A stretch of 64,000 nucleotides of DNA from Thiohalophilus sp. (GTDB lineage Bacteria > Pseudomonadota > Gammaproteobacteria > UBA6429 > Thiohalophilaceae): assembly GCF_046483665.1 (NCBI RefSeq), contig NZ_JAWOCR010000013.1:4129-68128 (forward strand), read 5' to 3'. Made by a program: the position numbers and the translations under genes. Under the pieces are notes generated by a model. The model made no database searches, was not told the DNA's origin, and was given only the letters and a program-made list of their open reading frames with translations. Shown here in pieces: positions 1 through 11,624 of this stretch (the first letter of the stretch is position 1; every line of letters begins with the position of its first letter).

Positions 1-1036
1 CAGACCAGCGCCGGCCGGGCATGGTGCGGCCGGTAAATTCATCGACGATGACGATCTCATTATTCTGCACGATGTAATCGACATCTTTCTGGAACAGCAC
101 GTGGGCGCGCAGCGCCGCATTGACGTGATGCAACAGACCGATGTTGGTGGCGTCATACAGACTCTCGCCTTCTTGCAGCAATCCGGCCTCGGTCAGCAAC
201 TCTTCAACGTGCTGATGCCCCTCTTCGGTCAGATAAATCTGTTTGTTCTTTTCCTCGACGCTGTAATCGCCGGGGCCATCCTCTTCTTCCTGTTTGATCA
301 GTTTGGGAACCAGGGCATTGATCTTGTAATAGTGCCCGGAGCTGTCTTCGGAAGGGCCGGAAATAATCAATGGTGTGCGTGCTTCATCGATCAGAATCGA
401 ATCCACCTCATCGATCACGGCAAAACCCAGATTACGCTGAAACTGCTCTTCCTTGCTAAAGGCCATGTTGTCGCGCAGATAGTCGAAGCCGAATTCGTTG
501 TTGGTGCCGTAAGTAATGTCCGCCGCGTAAGCGGCCTTCTTCTCCTCGAACGGCATCCCCGAACCGATGGTGCCGACCGTCATACCGAGAAATTCATACA
601 CTTTGCCCATCCACTGGGCGTCACGCTGGGCCAGATAGTCATTGACTGTCACCACATGCACGCCGGTCTGTGGCAGGGCATTCAGATAGCATGGCAGGGT
701 CGCCATCAGAGTTTTGCCCTCGCCGGTCCGCATTTCGGCAATCTTGCCCTGATGCAATACCATGCCGCCAATCAGCTGCACATCATAATGGCGCAGGCCC
801 AGCGCCCTTTGTGCAGCTTCACGCACCACGGCAAACGCTTCAGGCAGCAGTTCGTCCAGTCTGGCACCCTCTGCCAGGCGCTGGCGAAATTCTGCGGTCT
901 TGTTTCGCAGGGCGTCGTCGGAGAGCGACTGAATCCCGGGTTCCAGGGCATTGATCCGTTCGACGTTTTTGCCCATCTGTTTGACCAGCCGCTCGTTGCG
1001 ACTGCCGAAGACTTTCTTGAATACTGTTTTGAGCAT
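1..1036 (-). CDS. secA: Preprotein translocase ATPase SecA (N-terminal part; runs off window start)
   Basis: Hand translation from ATG at 1036: [20 protein letters not shown]..., with [13 protein letters not shown] (Walker A), [21 protein letters not shown] and [17 protein letters not shown]. Not in the ORF track because it is truncated. Confidence 0.98.
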   Translation of the reverse strand, partial: MLKTVFKKVFGSRNERLVKQMGKNVERINALEPGIQSLSDDALRNKTAEFRQRLAEGARLDELLPEAFAVVREAAQRALGLRHYDVQLIGGMVLHQGKIAEMRTGEGKTLMATLPCYLNALPQTGVHVVTVNDYLAQRDAQWMGKVYEFLGMTVGTIGSGMPFEEKKAAYAADITYGTNNEFGFDYLRDNMAFSKEEQFQRNLGFAVIDEVDSILIDEARTPLIISGPSEDSSGHYYKINALVPKLIKQEEEDGPGDYSVEEKNKQIYLTEEGHQHVEELLTEAGLLQEGESLYDATNIGLLHHVNAALRAHVLFQKDVDYIVQNNEIVIVDEFTGRTMPGRRWS

Positions 1037-1118
1037 ATATTTGCCTGTGGCGAGCCTTCGATGTAAGGACTCACTTACTGATTTAATTACTTACGCAGGG
1101 AAAAACACCTTTGCCCTG

Positions 1119-2273
1119 TTAAAAAGAACTATTGTACCTGCCGTCGCCGGTTTTGTCCGCTTCCGGCACAAAAGGTTCATGACGCGGATAAAGATAACCC
1201 TTACGATCGAACGCCAGCGACGGTGTTGCAAAATCTTCGGCCGTCAGCCGCGCCATGAGCCGCGCCGCCTGTTGCTGCGCATCCGGCACCGGGCCACGCG
1301 GTCGTTGCTGAACAAAAGCATGGATACGCCCCTGCACAAACCGGCCATCGGCGGCCAGCTGTGCCTCGAGTAACGGCGCCAGACCGTTCACACCACGCAC
1401 GCTCATGCCAAGGTACGTGGCAAAATTGCCCAGGCTGTAGGCAATCAGGCGGCCGCGATACAGCTCCAGGGCCCGGGGCACATGGGGGCCGTGGCCGATC
1501 ACCAGATCCGCGCCAGCTTCGACCGCACGTCGGGCAAAAGCGACCACATCGCCGCGTCGTTCTCCATAATAACGCTCCTCGGCAAATGGCAGATGCAGAG
1601 CCGCCTCTCCCTCGGCACCGCCATGAAAGGAGACCAGTACGATATCGTGCTGCCGCTTGAGTCCGTTGACCAGTCCCACCATGCGGGCCGTATCCAGCAT
1701 ATCGTGCGAATTAATAAACGGCGCAAAGGCAATAGCCGCTACCTGCAACCCGTTGACCTCCCAGCGGGCGACATCCCCATGGCGTCCGGTATGCCGGATA
1801 CCGTGCTCGCGCAGGATCCGCATGCTGGCCGAGCGGCCTTCCTCGCCAAAATCGCGGGCATGATTATTGGCCAGACTCATGAGCGTGAACCCGGCAGCGC
1901 GCAGATGGTCAGCATAGCGGGCCGGTGATCGAAACAGATAACAGGCGGATGGATCCTTGCACGTTTTCACCGGCTCCCCGCCATCGAGCAGGACACCTTC
2001 GAGATTGCCGAAGGCGATATCCGCCGCCTGTAGCAGCGGGGCGGCATCGAGCAGTAGTTGAGTACCATCGCGGGGAGGCAGGCGATTACGCGGGAAATCG
2101 GTCCCCAGCATCACATCGCCAACTGCTGCTACGGTAAGCACCGGAGCGGGAAACTGAACGGAAGCAGAAGAAACAGGTTCGGGGCCAGCCGGCGGCGGGG
2201 CGACGCAGGCGCCCAGCCACAACACCGGTAACAGGGCGAATAACCGGGGCAAGCAAAATGACATACCGGTCAA
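1119..2273 (-). CDS. CapA/PGA_cap family metallophosphoesterase, probable lipoprotein
   Basis: Motifs VGDVML, GNLEG, LANNHARDFG, SFHGGAE, IGHGPHV, YSLGNF; lipobox-like WLGAC. Confidence 0.88.
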   Translation of the reverse strand: MTGMSFCLPRLFALLPVLWLGACVAPPPAGPEPVSSASVQFPAPVLTVAAVGDVMLGTDFPRNRLPPRDGTQLLLDAAPLLQAADIAFGNLEGVLLDGGEPVKTCKDPSACYLFRSPARYADHLRAAGFTLMSLANNHARDFGEEGRSASMRILREHGIRHTGRHGDVARWEVNGLQVAAIAFAPFINSHDMLDTARMVGLVNGLKRQHDIVLVSFHGGAEGEAALHLPFAEERYYGERRGDVVAFARRAVEAGADLVIGHGPHVPRALELYRGRLIAYSLGNFATYLGMSVRGVNGLAPLLEAQLAADGRFVQGRIHAFVQQRPRGPVPDAQQQAARLMARLTAEDFATPSLAFDRKGYLYPRHEPFVPEADKTGDGRYNSSF

Positions 2274-2297
2274 CCGGAGTGAGAGTGGAACAACGAC

Positions 2298-3236
2298 TTA
2301 CTTGCTGGCAAGAATATACTTTTTCGGGTCCACCGCGCGACCATTCACCAGCACTTCGAAGTGAACATGGGGACCGGTGGAACGCCCGGACGATCCCATT
2401 CTGGCAATCACCTGACCTTTTTTGACCGTCTCGCCAACTTCCACCAGATGTTCCTTGTTATGGCCGTAACGGGTGACATAGCCTTTGCCATGATTTATCT
2501 CGACCAGCTGCCCATAACCGGAACGCTTGCCGGAATAGGTCACGACCCCGGCGGCGACTGCAACGACATCCGAACCTTCCTTACCGGCAAAGTCGATGCC
2601 CGAATGATGGGCCCGGCGGCCACTGAAAGGATCGGTACGCATGCCGTAATAGGAGGATAACCAGCCACGGGTGATGGGCCGTCCCGCGGGCACGACTTCA
2701 GCCTGCAGGTTACGGGTCATCAGCATGTCTTCAAGTACACCGAGTTGCTCGCCGCGATCCTCAATCTGGGAAGAAAGTTGTTGCAGAGACTGGAGGAAAT
2801 CCGGCACGGCCATGGAACTACCTGCCGCCATTTCATCGCTGCTGGTAAGCGGTCCGCCCTGAGCCGGGGGTTGCTCGAAGTTGAATTCACCGTTATCCAG
2901 GTTGGCCATCTGGGTCAGGCGCTGACCGAGGGCATCCAGGCGCACGACATGGGATTGCAGGTTTCCCAAACGCAATGCCAGCGCATCCATGTTTTCCTGG
3001 GCATTACGGGTCACTTCCTCAATTTTCAATCTTTGCGCATCGAGCTCCGATTGCAGAGCCAGGTTGAGGTCGTCCGGATTGGCTTTCATATGTGCGACCC
3101 CCAGGTAATAACCCGCGCCGATAAATGCGGCCGGCAACACGATAACCGTTCCCAGAACAAGGCTGATCAGGCGGTGCCGGGTCAGGGTCAGCAATCCTGA
3201 ACTTCTTTTATTGCGTCTCAATACGACTATATTCAT
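2298..3236 (-). CDS. M23 family metallopeptidase with N-terminal membrane anchor and coiled coil
   Basis: HSGIDF (HxxxD), YGHN, STGPHVHFEV (HxH); usual position between secA and DUF721. Confidence 0.93.
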   Translation of the reverse strand: MNIVVLRRNKRSSGLLTLTRHRLISLVLGTVIVLPAAFIGAGYYLGVAHMKANPDDLNLALQSELDAQRLKIEEVTRNAQENMDALALRLGNLQSHVVRLDALGQRLTQMANLDNGEFNFEQPPAQGGPLTSSDEMAAGSSMAVPDFLQSLQQLSSQIEDRGEQLGVLEDMLMTRNLQAEVVPAGRPITRGWLSSYYGMRTDPFSGRRAHHSGIDFAGKEGSDVVAVAAGVVTYSGKRSGYGQLVEINHGKGYVTRYGHNKEHLVEVGETVKKGQVIARMGSSGRSTGPHVHFEVLVNGRAVDPKKYILASK

Positions 3237-3318
3237 AGTGACAGCACAGCTCTTGTTATTTTACTGTAAGGTTAAAGTGAATTTTCCGATTAACAGGATA
3301 AATCCTTCATTAACCAGT

Positions 3319-3771
3319 ATGAATTCTCCCAGACCATTGTACAAGCTTCTGCAGGGGGAAAAGAACCAGCTTGCGGACCTCATCACAACCACCCGCCGGC
3401 TGCGTCACCTCAACCAGTCGCTGTTATCGGTACTCGATCAGCCGTTGACAGATCACTGCCGGATCGCACGTTATGATAGCGAACAACTGGTGATTCAGAC
3501 TGACTCTCCGGTCTGGGCATCACGTTTGCGCTATTACGTACCCACTCTGCTGCAAGAGCTTAAGCAAAATATCCCTGATTTACAAGGACTTAAGTCCATA
3601 AAAATCCATGTTGCCCCGGTCACACCGGCCCCGGTGGAAAAGCCCCCGCCGCAACGCGAAATCAGCCCCGCCGCCAGCCGGGACATCTACGCCATGGCCG
3701 AGGCCATCGAGGATCCGGCCCTGCGCGCAGCCCTGCAACGTCTGGGGCGGTCCCGCCGCACTGAAGATTAA
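3319..3771 (+). CDS. dciA: DUF721/DciA family protein (replicative helicase loading partner)
   Basis: ATG at 3319 (MNSPRPL...); LVIQTDSPVWASRLRY and C-terminal IEDPALRAALQRL; divergent from M23 and convergent with lpxC. Confidence 0.8.
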   Translation: MNSPRPLYKLLQGEKNQLADLITTTRRLRHLNQSLLSVLDQPLTDHCRIARYDSEQLVIQTDSPVWASRLRYYVPTLLQELKQNIPDLQGLKSIKIHVAPVTPAPVEKPPPQREISPAASRDIYAMAEAIEDPALRAALQRLGRSRRTED

Positions 3772-3866
3772 GCCGTCAGTTTTACTATATTGAGTAGATT
3801 TTCGCAGATAATCAGACCAAATCACTGCCTTGCGAATTTGTCAGGCAGGCCCGAATAATCATGCAA

Positions 3867-3890
3867 AAACGCCGACGAAAGTCGGCGTTT
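3867..3890 (-). terminator. Intrinsic terminator after lpxC (possibly bidirectional)
   Basis: Perfect 10-bp stem AAACGCCGAC/GTCGGCGTTT with a 4-nt loop, ending in a U-run on the minus strand, between convergent dciA and lpxC. Confidence 0.8.
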
Positions 3891-3919
3891 GAGTTCAGTC
3901 GCTACATTTTTAACAAATT

Positions 3920-4831
3920 TCAGGTAGCCTGCACCGGTTGAACAAAGGAGATCGGCGCCTTGGCCGGATCTTCGAATGTAACCTCTTCCCAGGCTTCCTT
4001 ATTATCCAGCAGGGTACGCAAAAGACGGTTGTTGAGGGCATGCCCCGATTTGTGGCCGCTGAAGGCCCCGATCAGGCTGTGACCCAGCAAATAGAGATCG
4101 CCAATGGAGTCCAGGATCTTGTGTTTGACGAACTCGTCTACATAACGCAGGCCGTCTTCATTCAGTACCCGGTATTCATCCACCACCACGGCATTATCCA
4201 GACTGCCGCCCAGCGCCAGATTATTGGCGCGCAGGGATTCGATCTGGCTCATGAAACCGAATGTCCGGGCCCGGCTCACTTCCTTCACAAAGGACGTAGT
4301 GGAAAAATCGACTTCGGCGGTCTGATTCTGGTCCTTGAAAACCGGATGGTCAAAATCGATGGTGAACGCGACCTTGAATCCATCAAACGGTTCAAATCGG
4401 ACCCACTTGTCGTCTTCTTCGACGACAATCGGCTTTTTAATCCGAATGAACCGTTTCGGTGCTTTCTGTTCCTGAATCCCGGCGGATTGCACCAGAAAGA
4501 CAAATGGTCCCGCGCTACCATCCATAATAGGAACTTCCGGCGCGTTGAGATCAATATAGGCGTTGTCGATGCCCAGCCCGGCCAGTGCCGATAGCAGATG
4601 CTCGACCGTCGAAACCCGCACGCCATCCTTGATCAGAGTCGTGGACAGGGTCGTGTCCCCGACATTCTCCGGAACTGCAGGTATTTCAACGGGTTCCGGC
4701 AGATCCACGCGCCTGAAAACAATGCCTGTATCCGCTGCGGCAGGTCGAAGGGTCAGGTAGACTTTTTCTCCGGTGTGAAGGCCCACGCCGGTTGCGCGAA
4801 TGACATTTTTCAGTGTACGCTGGTTAATCAC
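3920..4831 (-). CDS. lpxC: UDP-3-O-acyl-GlcNAc deacetylase
   Basis: [39 protein letters not shown]; GTG start with AGGAGA RBS. Confidence 0.98.
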   Translation of the reverse strand: MINQRTLKNVIRATGVGLHTGEKVYLTLRPAAADTGIVFRRVDLPEPVEIPAVPENVGDTTLSTTLIKDGVRVSTVEHLLSALAGLGIDNAYIDLNAPEVPIMDGSAGPFVFLVQSAGIQEQKAPKRFIRIKKPIVVEEDDKWVRFEPFDGFKVAFTIDFDHPVFKDQNQTAEVDFSTTSFVKEVSRARTFGFMSQIESLRANNLALGGSLDNAVVVDEYRVLNEDGLRYVDEFVKHKILDSIGDLYLLGHSLIGAFSGHKSGHALNNRLLRTLLDNKEAWEEVTFEDPAKAPISFVQPVQAT

Positions 4832-5053
4832 TAGCCAAATTCTCCTTTGGAAATCCAGGTCTCCCTGTGTGGTGCAAGGTGTGATGCAAGTTTCGGGCCT
4901 GTTTCACTACAAACGCATATATGACGCAAGTATAACACCGTAAGAAAACGTTCATAATAAAACAAGTTCACATCTTACAGCAACTTATACCCATCAGCGG
5001 CGGGTTATCCGAAAACTTGATACCCCGGTCACACATCTTTGCCAGCCGTTTGC

Positions 5054-5072
5054 AGCCCCCTCAGGGGGGGCT
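5054..5072 (-). other. GC hairpin directly after ftsZ stop (RNA stabiliser or weak terminator)
   Basis: AGCCCCC/GGGGGCT 7-bp stem; no U-tract. Confidence 0.4.
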
Positions 5073-5074
5073 AA

Positions 5075-6217
5075 TCAATCCGCCTGACGCCGCAGAAAAG
5101 CCGGAATATCCAGATATTCCATATTTCCGTCTCCCTGACGCCCCTTGTCATCCGCCGTACTCTTGTTGCGCATCACGGTCGGCCGATCCAGCTGGTTATA
5201 ATCAACTTCGCCATCGCTCTTCTTGTTAACCACCAGTTTCGGTTTCTCGCCCTGTTTCAACTCGTTGCCCAGCCCGGTCGCCACCACGGTAACCCGCAAT
5301 TCACCGGACATCCCGGGGTCGATGACGGTCCCGACCACAACAGTCGCGTTTTCCGAGGCAAACTGCTTGACCGTGTTACCCACTTCCTCGAATTCACCGA
5401 TGGACATATCCATGCCTGCAGTGACGTTGACAAGAATCCCGCGCGCGCCGGCCAGGTTGACGTCTTCCAGCAACGGACTGGCAATCGCCGCTTCGGCCGC
5501 CTCACGAGCGCGCTCTTCACCCGAGGCCCGGCCAGATCCCATCATGGCCATCCCCATTTCGGACATCACGGTCCGCACGTCGGCAAAGTCGACGTTGATC
5601 AGACCCGGTCGGGTAATCAGTTCGGCAATGCCCTGCACCGCACCCAACAACACATCGTTGGCCGCCTTGAAGGCATCCAGCAGACTGATGTTCTTGCCCA
5701 GCACACTCAGCAGCTTTTCATTGGGAATGGTAATCAATGAATCGACATACTGCTTGAGTTCCTCCATCCCGGCCAGGGCGACTTCCATGCGCTTCTTGCC
5801 TTCGAAGGGAAACGGCTTGGTCACGACCGCAACGGTCAGTATCCCCATATCGCGGGCGATTTGCGCCACGACCGGGGCACCGCCGGTGCCGGTTCCGCCA
5901 CCCATGCCGGCGGTGATAAAGACCATGTCGGCGCCTTCCAGCACTTCCTGGATGCGTTCACGATCTTCCATCGCGGCATTGCGGCCGGTTTCCGGATTGG
6001 CCCCGGCGCCGAGTCCCTTGGTGACCCCGCCGCCCAGCTGCAACAAAGTCCTGGCGGAACTGTTTTTCATGGCCTGAGCATCGGTATTGGCGCAGATAAA
6101 ATCCACACCTTCAATACTCTGTACCACCATATGTTCAACGGCATTACCACCACCGCCACCGACACCGATCACTTTTATCACGGCGTTCTGACTGTAAGTA
6201 TCCATTAGTTCAAACAT
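5075..6217 (-). CDS. ftsZ: Cell division protein FtsZ
   Basis: GVGGGGGNAV, GGGTGTG, INVDFADV, C-terminal LDIPAFLRRQAD; ATG 6217 follows a GAGGAGG RBS. Confidence 0.99.
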   Translation of the reverse strand: MFELMDTYSQNAVIKVIGVGGGGGNAVEHMVVQSIEGVDFICANTDAQAMKNSSARTLLQLGGGVTKGLGAGANPETGRNAAMEDRERIQEVLEGADMVFITAGMGGGTGTGGAPVVAQIARDMGILTVAVVTKPFPFEGKKRMEVALAGMEELKQYVDSLITIPNEKLLSVLGKNISLLDAFKAANDVLLGAVQGIAELITRPGLINVDFADVRTVMSEMGMAMMGSGRASGEERAREAAEAAIASPLLEDVNLAGARGILVNVTAGMDMSIGEFEEVGNTVKQFASENATVVVGTVIDPGMSGELRVTVVATGLGNELKQGEKPKLVVNKKSDGEVDYNQLDRPTVMRNKSTADDKGRQGDGNMEYLDIPAFLRRQAD

Positions 6218-6276
6218 TTTACCCCTCCTCACTGTCAATGCAGTTGTTGGTACATTGTGTCTACGTCACAAATCCT

Positions 6277-7512
6277 TTAGAAATTTCCCTGAAACCAGCT
6301 CTTCATCCGTCGCATGACGGTTGTAAAACCACCGCCCATGCGTGTTTCCACTTCACGCAAGGCACGATTCTGATAACCAAACAGCAATAATCCGACCCCG
6401 GTGGAGTAAATGGGGTTACGCACCACATCCACCAGGCCACTGACATATTGCGGCAGACCCTGACGAACCGGCATATGGAATATCTCCTCGGCCAGTTCCA
6501 CTGTGCCTTCCATCTTGGAGCTGCCCCCGGTCAGCACGATGCCGGCAGCACACAAATCTTCAAACCCGCTACGCCGCAATTCGGCCTGAATCAGCGTAAA
6601 CAGTTCTTCGTAGCGCGGTTCGACCACCTCAGCCAGGGTCTGGCGCGCCAGACGACGTACCGGCCGCTCACCGACACTCGGTACTTCAATCGTTTCGTCT
6701 GCACTGGCCAGCTGGGTGAGTGCACAGGCGTATTTGATCTTGATCTCCTCGGCATGTTGGGTCGGAGTACGCAGAGCCACGGCAATATCGTTGGTTACCT
6801 GATCGCCGGCAATCGGGATCACTGCGGTATGGCGGATGGCACCTTCGGTGAACACCGCTATATCAGTAGTACCGCCACCAATATCCACCAGGCAAACCCC
6901 CAGCTCCTTTTCATCCTCGGTCAATACAGAATGGCTGGACGCCAGTTGTTCGAGAATGATGTCATCGACTTCCAGCCCGCAGCGACGAACACATTTGATA
7001 ATATTCTGTGCCGCACTCACTGCGCCGGTCACCATGTGTACCTTGGCTTCCAGCCGCACCCCCGACATCCCGATGGGTTCGCGAATACTTTCCTGATCAT
7101 CGATAATGAATTCCTGCGGCATAATATGCAGGACTTTCTGATCGGCCGGTATAGCCACGGCTCTGGCCGCATCAATAACCCGCTCGACATCATATTGAGT
7201 CACTTCCTTGTCGCGAATTGCCACGATACCGTGCGAGTTGAGACTGCGAATATGACTCCCCGCTATTCCGGCATAAACGGAATGAATCTGGCAGCCGGCC
7301 ATCAGCTCGGCTTCTTCCACAGCTCGCTGTATCGACTGGACGGTGGATTCAATGTTAACCACCACCCCTTTTTTCAGGCCGCGAGAAGGGTGCGAACCCA
7401 GTCCGATAATCTCGATATCATTTTCGGGGGTTACCTCGCCGACAATTGCAACCACCTTGGAGGTACCGATATCCAGGCCAACAATCAGGTTTTTTTCTGT
7501 TTTCTTAGACAT
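6277..7512 (-). CDS. ftsA: Cell division protein FtsA
   Basis: GLDIGTSKV, DIGGGTTD, VLTGG; C-terminal WFQGNF. Confidence 0.99.
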   Translation of the reverse strand: MSKKTEKNLIVGLDIGTSKVVAIVGEVTPENDIEIIGLGSHPSRGLKKGVVVNIESTVQSIQRAVEEAELMAGCQIHSVYAGIAGSHIRSLNSHGIVAIRDKEVTQYDVERVIDAARAVAIPADQKVLHIMPQEFIIDDQESIREPIGMSGVRLEAKVHMVTGAVSAAQNIIKCVRRCGLEVDDIILEQLASSHSVLTEDEKELGVCLVDIGGGTTDIAVFTEGAIRHTAVIPIAGDQVTNDIAVALRTPTQHAEEIKIKYACALTQLASADETIEVPSVGERPVRRLARQTLAEVVEPRYEELFTLIQAELRRSGFEDLCAAGIVLTGGSSKMEGTVELAEEIFHMPVRQGLPQYVSGLVDVVRNPIYSTGVGLLLFGYQNRALREVETRMGGGFTTVMRRMKSWFQGNF

Positions 7513-7535
7513 TCACTGCCACTCCCCGAATCCTT

Positions 7536-8288
7536 TTATGCACTTTTTGATTCCCACGCGACCGCCATGCCATTGGTGTAACGCAAATCGATCCGCTTGA
7601 CGTTGCCACGCTCCAGCATCTTGAGCCGGGGATAACTGCGAACAAACCGTGCCAGTCGCTCAAATTCATGTTCGCGTCCCAGTTTCAGACGCATGCCACT
7701 ATGCAAGTCAATCTGCCAGGCATGACGTCTGTCCAGTTTCAACTCGCTGATTTGCATATCCAGCGGCGCCAGCAACCTGGAAAACTGTTGATATGATTTC
7801 AGCATTTTTTCCCGCAGCTTTTCTGGCCCGTGAAATACGGGCAATCCGGATGGGTAGGTCGATTGCGCCGGGCGGAATATCTCGCCACGAGTACTTAACA
7901 AACCGCCCTGTGACCACACCGCAAAAGGTTGGCGCTCGATAAAATGAATCGCCAGGGTCTCGGGCCAGATCCGGCGCACCGTTGCCTGTTCGATCCAGGG
8001 CAGGTTTTCGACCTGTTGCTGGATAGCGTCGACATTGATATCGAAATAACCCACACCTGAGACCTGCTTTGACAATGGTTTCAGCATATTTTCAGTCACA
8101 TTAATAAAGCTGCCCTGTACCCGGATTTTGCTTACCGGGACATTCATCGGATTGAGCAATTGCTCAACAGCCCAGTAGAGCAATACCGCCAGCATTACCG
8201 CAGATACGACAAACAAGCTGCGGCCCGGACGAAATGTCAGCTTCGATAACGTTGATACTGGCAGGGTTTGTCTAGCCTGCGCCGACAT
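7536..8288 (-). CDS. ftsQ: Cell division protein FtsQ
   Basis: Single TM plus POTRA-like LPWIEQATVRRIWP and IDLRYTNGMAV; ATG 8288 after AGGAGG. Confidence 0.93.
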   Translation of the reverse strand: MSAQARQTLPVSTLSKLTFRPGRSLFVVSAVMLAVLLYWAVEQLLNPMNVPVSKIRVQGSFINVTENMLKPLSKQVSGVGYFDINVDAIQQQVENLPWIEQATVRRIWPETLAIHFIERQPFAVWSQGGLLSTRGEIFRPAQSTYPSGLPVFHGPEKLREKMLKSYQQFSRLLAPLDMQISELKLDRRHAWQIDLHSGMRLKLGREHEFERLARFVRSYPRLKMLERGNVKRIDLRYTNGMAVAWESKSA

Positions 8289-9264
8289 GATTGCCCTCCT
8301 GTTGTCGATGGCCATTGTGTCCTGTCAGGGTCCTGGCGAGTATCGCGTAAACCAGCTGGTCGAAATCCATCCCGACGGCCTTCGCAGCCATCGGCACCAG
8401 AGAGTGATCCGTCATCCCCGGCACGGTATTCAATTCAATTACCCATGGCTTACCCTCTGCCGAGCAGAGAATATCGACCCGTCCCCAGTCCCGGGCTCCC
8501 ACTGCCTTGAAGGCCGCCAGCGCCAGGCGTTGTAACTGACCCTCCTGTTCAACTTGCAGGCCACAGGGACACAGATAGCGAGTCTGATCTGACTGGTATT
8601 TGGCTTCATAGTCATAAAATGCATTGGGTGTCTCGAGCTTGATGACCGGCAGGGCCTGTTCACCCAGAATGGTGACGGTATATTCTCCACCCTCGATCCA
8701 GCGCTCGGCAATTACCGCACCGGAAAACTGAGCGGCCGTCGCATATGCCTCGCGCATTTGTTGCGGTTCATCGACCCGACTCATACCGATACTTGATCCT
8801 TCCAGGGCCGGCTTCACCATCAACGGCAGCCCAAGACTGGCCACGACATACTCGGGATCGGTATCGTCATCCAGCACCATGTAATCAGGGGTAGGCAAAC
8901 CGGCCGCCTCAAGAATCATTTTGCTGCGCAACTTGTCCATGGCCAGTGCCGAGGAAAGTACATCGCTGCCGGTATAGGGTATATCCAGGATTTCCAGCAC
9001 GGCCTGAATCCGGCCATCCTCCCCACCGGAACCATGCAGTACGATAAAGGCCCGATCGTAATTGCCGTTCTCCAGTTCCTGCAGGATCGTTTGTTTTTTT
9101 ACATCGATTCCGTATGCCTCGACACCACAGCGCAACAGGGCATCCAGTACGGCCTGTCCGCTGCGCAACGAAACGGCCCGTTCGGACGACCATCCTCCCA
9201 TCAGGACAGCTACCTTGCCAAGGCTCTGCGGTTTGACATTATCGCTGTTATTAATGCGACTCAT
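8272..9264 (-). CDS. ddl: D-alanine--D-alanine ligase
   Basis: VLMGGWSSER, LHGSGGEDG, GSSIG, YDYEAKY, ELNTVPGMT. Confidence 0.98.
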   Translation of the reverse strand: MSRINNSDNVKPQSLGKVAVLMGGWSSERAVSLRSGQAVLDALLRCGVEAYGIDVKKQTILQELENGNYDRAFIVLHGSGGEDGRIQAVLEILDIPYTGSDVLSSALAMDKLRSKMILEAAGLPTPDYMVLDDDTDPEYVVASLGLPLMVKPALEGSSIGMSRVDEPQQMREAYATAAQFSGAVIAERWIEGGEYTVTILGEQALPVIKLETPNAFYDYEAKYQSDQTRYLCPCGLQVEQEGQLQRLALAAFKAVGARDWGRVDILCSAEGKPWVIELNTVPGMTDHSLVPMAAKAVGMDFDQLVYAILARTLTGHNGHRQQEGNHVGAG

Positions 9265-10186
9265 CAGGTTCTCCGACGATTTGCACTTCCTTTACCAGCG
9301 TTATACCCGTTGTCTGTTTGACTTCATCGGCAACATGCTGCATCAGTAGTTCAATATCCCGAGCTGTCGCGGTCCCGGTGTTGATAATGAAATTGGCATG
9401 TTTTTCTGACACACAGGCTCCGCCGATACAGGTATTTTTCAATCCACATTGCTCGATCAGTCGCGCGGCATAATCTCCCGGTGGATTGCGAAATACTGAA
9501 CCGGCAGTGGGCTGACTGGTCGGCTGCGTTGCACCACGTCGTGCCAGGTGTTGTTTGATTTTTTGCAGCCCCTCTTCCGTATTCCCGGTTTCCAGTTTCA
9601 GGGTTGCGCCGACAAACCATTCATCGATGTATCCCTTGACATAGCGATAGCCAGTTTCAAATTCACCAGCCAGCCGGGTTTTCAGGTTCCCCTGTCGATC
9701 AATAACCTGTACCGACTCGACAATACTCCAGGTCTCCCCACCCATAGCACCGGCGTTCATGGCCAATGCACCACCAAATGTCCCCGGTATTCCACAGAGA
9801 AATTCAGCTCCGTGTAACCCTTGCCTGGCGGTTTGCCGCGCCAGCTGCGGCGAGGCCAGTCCGGCTTCAACATAAACCCGGTTCCCCTCCAGCCATTCAA
9901 TCCGGTTGAGTACACCACTGGTACAGATCACGGTGCCCGGCAAACCACTGTCCCGTACCAGCAGATTACTACCCAGGCCGACCCAGAACAGAGGCTCTTC
10001 CGGCGGCAGCTGTTGCAATAACTGCTGCAGATCGGTCAGGTCCGAGGGCTGATAGAAACACTCGGCAACACCGCCTGCGCGCCACGAGGTGTGACGGCTC
10101 ATCGGCTCGTGTTGCTTCATGATCCCGCGTAGCTGCATTATTTCTGCCTCAAACCTGTCCATCGGTAACATCGTGTTAGGTTGCAT
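9251..10186 (-). CDS. murB: UDP-N-acetylenolpyruvoylglucosamine reductase
   Basis: [41 protein letters not shown]. Confidence 0.97.
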   Translation of the reverse strand: MQPNTMLPMDRFEAEIMQLRGIMKQHEPMSRHTSWRAGGVAECFYQPSDLTDLQQLLQQLPPEEPLFWVGLGSNLLVRDSGLPGTVICTSGVLNRIEWLEGNRVYVEAGLASPQLARQTARQGLHGAEFLCGIPGTFGGALAMNAGAMGGETWSIVESVQVIDRQGNLKTRLAGEFETGYRYVKGYIDEWFVGATLKLETGNTEEGLQKIKQHLARRGATQPTSQPTAGSVFRNPPGDYAARLIEQCGLKNTCIGGACVSEKHANFIINTGTATARDIELLMQHVADEVKQTTGITLVKEVQIVGEPDESH

Positions 10187-11624
10187 TTAATTGCTGTTCG
10201 AGTCGGGCCGCCACGGCGCCGATATTCCCCGCTCCAAGAGTTAACAAAATATCCTGATCCTGTAATACCCCATTCAGCACTGCCGGTAACTCATCAAGTT
10301 GCTCGACAAACACCGGCTCCACCTGACCCCGCATACGAATCGCACGGGTTAATGAACGCCCATCGGCGCCGGTAATTGGTGACTCCCCGGCGGGATAAAC
10401 CTCGAGCAAAACCAGAGCGTCTACTTCGGACAACACCCGGGTAAAGTCCTCGAATAAATCCCGGGTACGGGTATAACGATGAGGCTGAAATACGACCACC
10501 AGGCGTCGCTGCGGCCAACCAGCGCGGATCGCCTGAATAGTTGCCGCCACTTCGCGCGGGTGATGTCCATAGTCATCGACATGAATGACACGCCCCCGAT
10601 CCACCTGGTATTCACCATAAATCTGGAAACGGCGTCCGATACCCTGAAAATTGTCCAGTGCCCGTGCAATCGCCTGATTGTCGATGCCAATTTCATGTGC
10701 CACAGCAATTGCCGCCAGAGCATTGAGTACATTGTGATGTCCCGGCATATTCAGCGTAATTTCAATCTCTTCCCCGCTGCTGCGTAACATTACGGTGAAA
10801 TGAGTCTGGTTTGCCGTCTGGGTAATATTGACTGCCCGGACATCTGCTTCTTCATTCAATCCATAGGTAATCATCGGACGACTTATCACGGGCATCAGAT
10901 TACGGATTTCTTCATCATCAATACAAACAACCGCCAATCCGTAAAATGGGAGATGATGCAAGAATTCCAGGAACGTCTGGCGAAGTTTTTCAAAATCGCC
11001 ACCGTAAGTTTCCATATGATCGGCATCAATATTGGTCACAACTGCCATCATGGGCTGCAAGTGCATAAAGGAAGCATCGCTTTCATCCGCTTCGGCTACC
11101 AGGTAACGTCCTGCACCCAGACGAGCGTGAGTCCCGGCACTGTTGAGGCGCCCGCCAATAACAAATGTCGGGTCCACGCCACCTTCGGCCAGAACACTGG
11201 CAACCAGACTGGTCGTGGTAGTTTTGCCGTGGGTGCCGGCCACCGCAATGCCGTAACGAAACCGCATCAGCTCTGCAAGCATCTCCGCTCGCGGAACAAC
11301 CGGAATACGTTGTTCCTGTGCCGCTTTCACTTCCGGGTTTTCCGAAACAATGGCACTGGAGACCACCACGACATCACAGTTGCAAATATTTTCCGCCGCA
11401 TGTCCCAATGTGATACGGGCGCCGAGTTGGGCGAGATGACGCGTCACCGCATTTTCATGAATATCCGAACCGGTCACTTCATAACCCAGATTCAGCAGTA
11501 CTTCGGCAATCCCACCCATACCGACCCCGCCGATACCGACAAAATGAAGACAGCTGATCCGCCCCATACCCGGTTCGCCATGACTGCTCGGCAGATCGGT
11601 TATACGTCGTGCCTGTTTAGACAT
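10176..11624 (-). CDS. murC: UDP-N-acetylmuramate--L-alanine ligase
   Basis: [40 protein letters not shown]. Confidence 0.99.
   Translation of the reverse strand: MSKQARRITDLPSSHGEPGMGRISCLHFVGIGGVGMGGIAEVLLNLGYEVTGSDIHENAVTRHLAQLGARITLGHAAENICNCDVVVVSSAIVSENPEVKAAQEQRIPVVPRAEMLAELMRFRYGIAVAGTHGKTTTTSLVASVLAEGGVDPTFVIGGRLNSAGTHARLGAGRYLVAEADESDASFMHLQPMMAVVTNIDADHMETYGGDFEKLRQTFLEFLHHLPFYGLAVVCIDDEEIRNLMPVISRPMITYGLNEEADVRAVNITQTANQTHFTVMLRSSGEEIEITLNMPGHHNVLNALAAIAVAHEIGIDNQAIARALDNFQGIGRRFQIYGEYQVDRGRVIHVDDYGHHPREVAATIQAIRAGWPQRRLVVVFQPHRYTRTRDLFEDFTRVLSEVDALVLLEVYPAGESPITGADGRSLTRAIRMRGQVEPVFVEQLDELPAVLNGVLQDQDILLTLGAGNIGAVAARLEQQLNAT

Noticed and set aside
101-1066. 321-aa plus-strand ORF
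   Set aside because: Antisense shadow of secA; the same applies to most long overlapping ORFs in the track (e.g. 6448-7581, 54817-55809).
9251-10186. murB inside the dcw cluster
   Set aside because: murC-murB-ddl order is known in many proteobacteria; ordinary.
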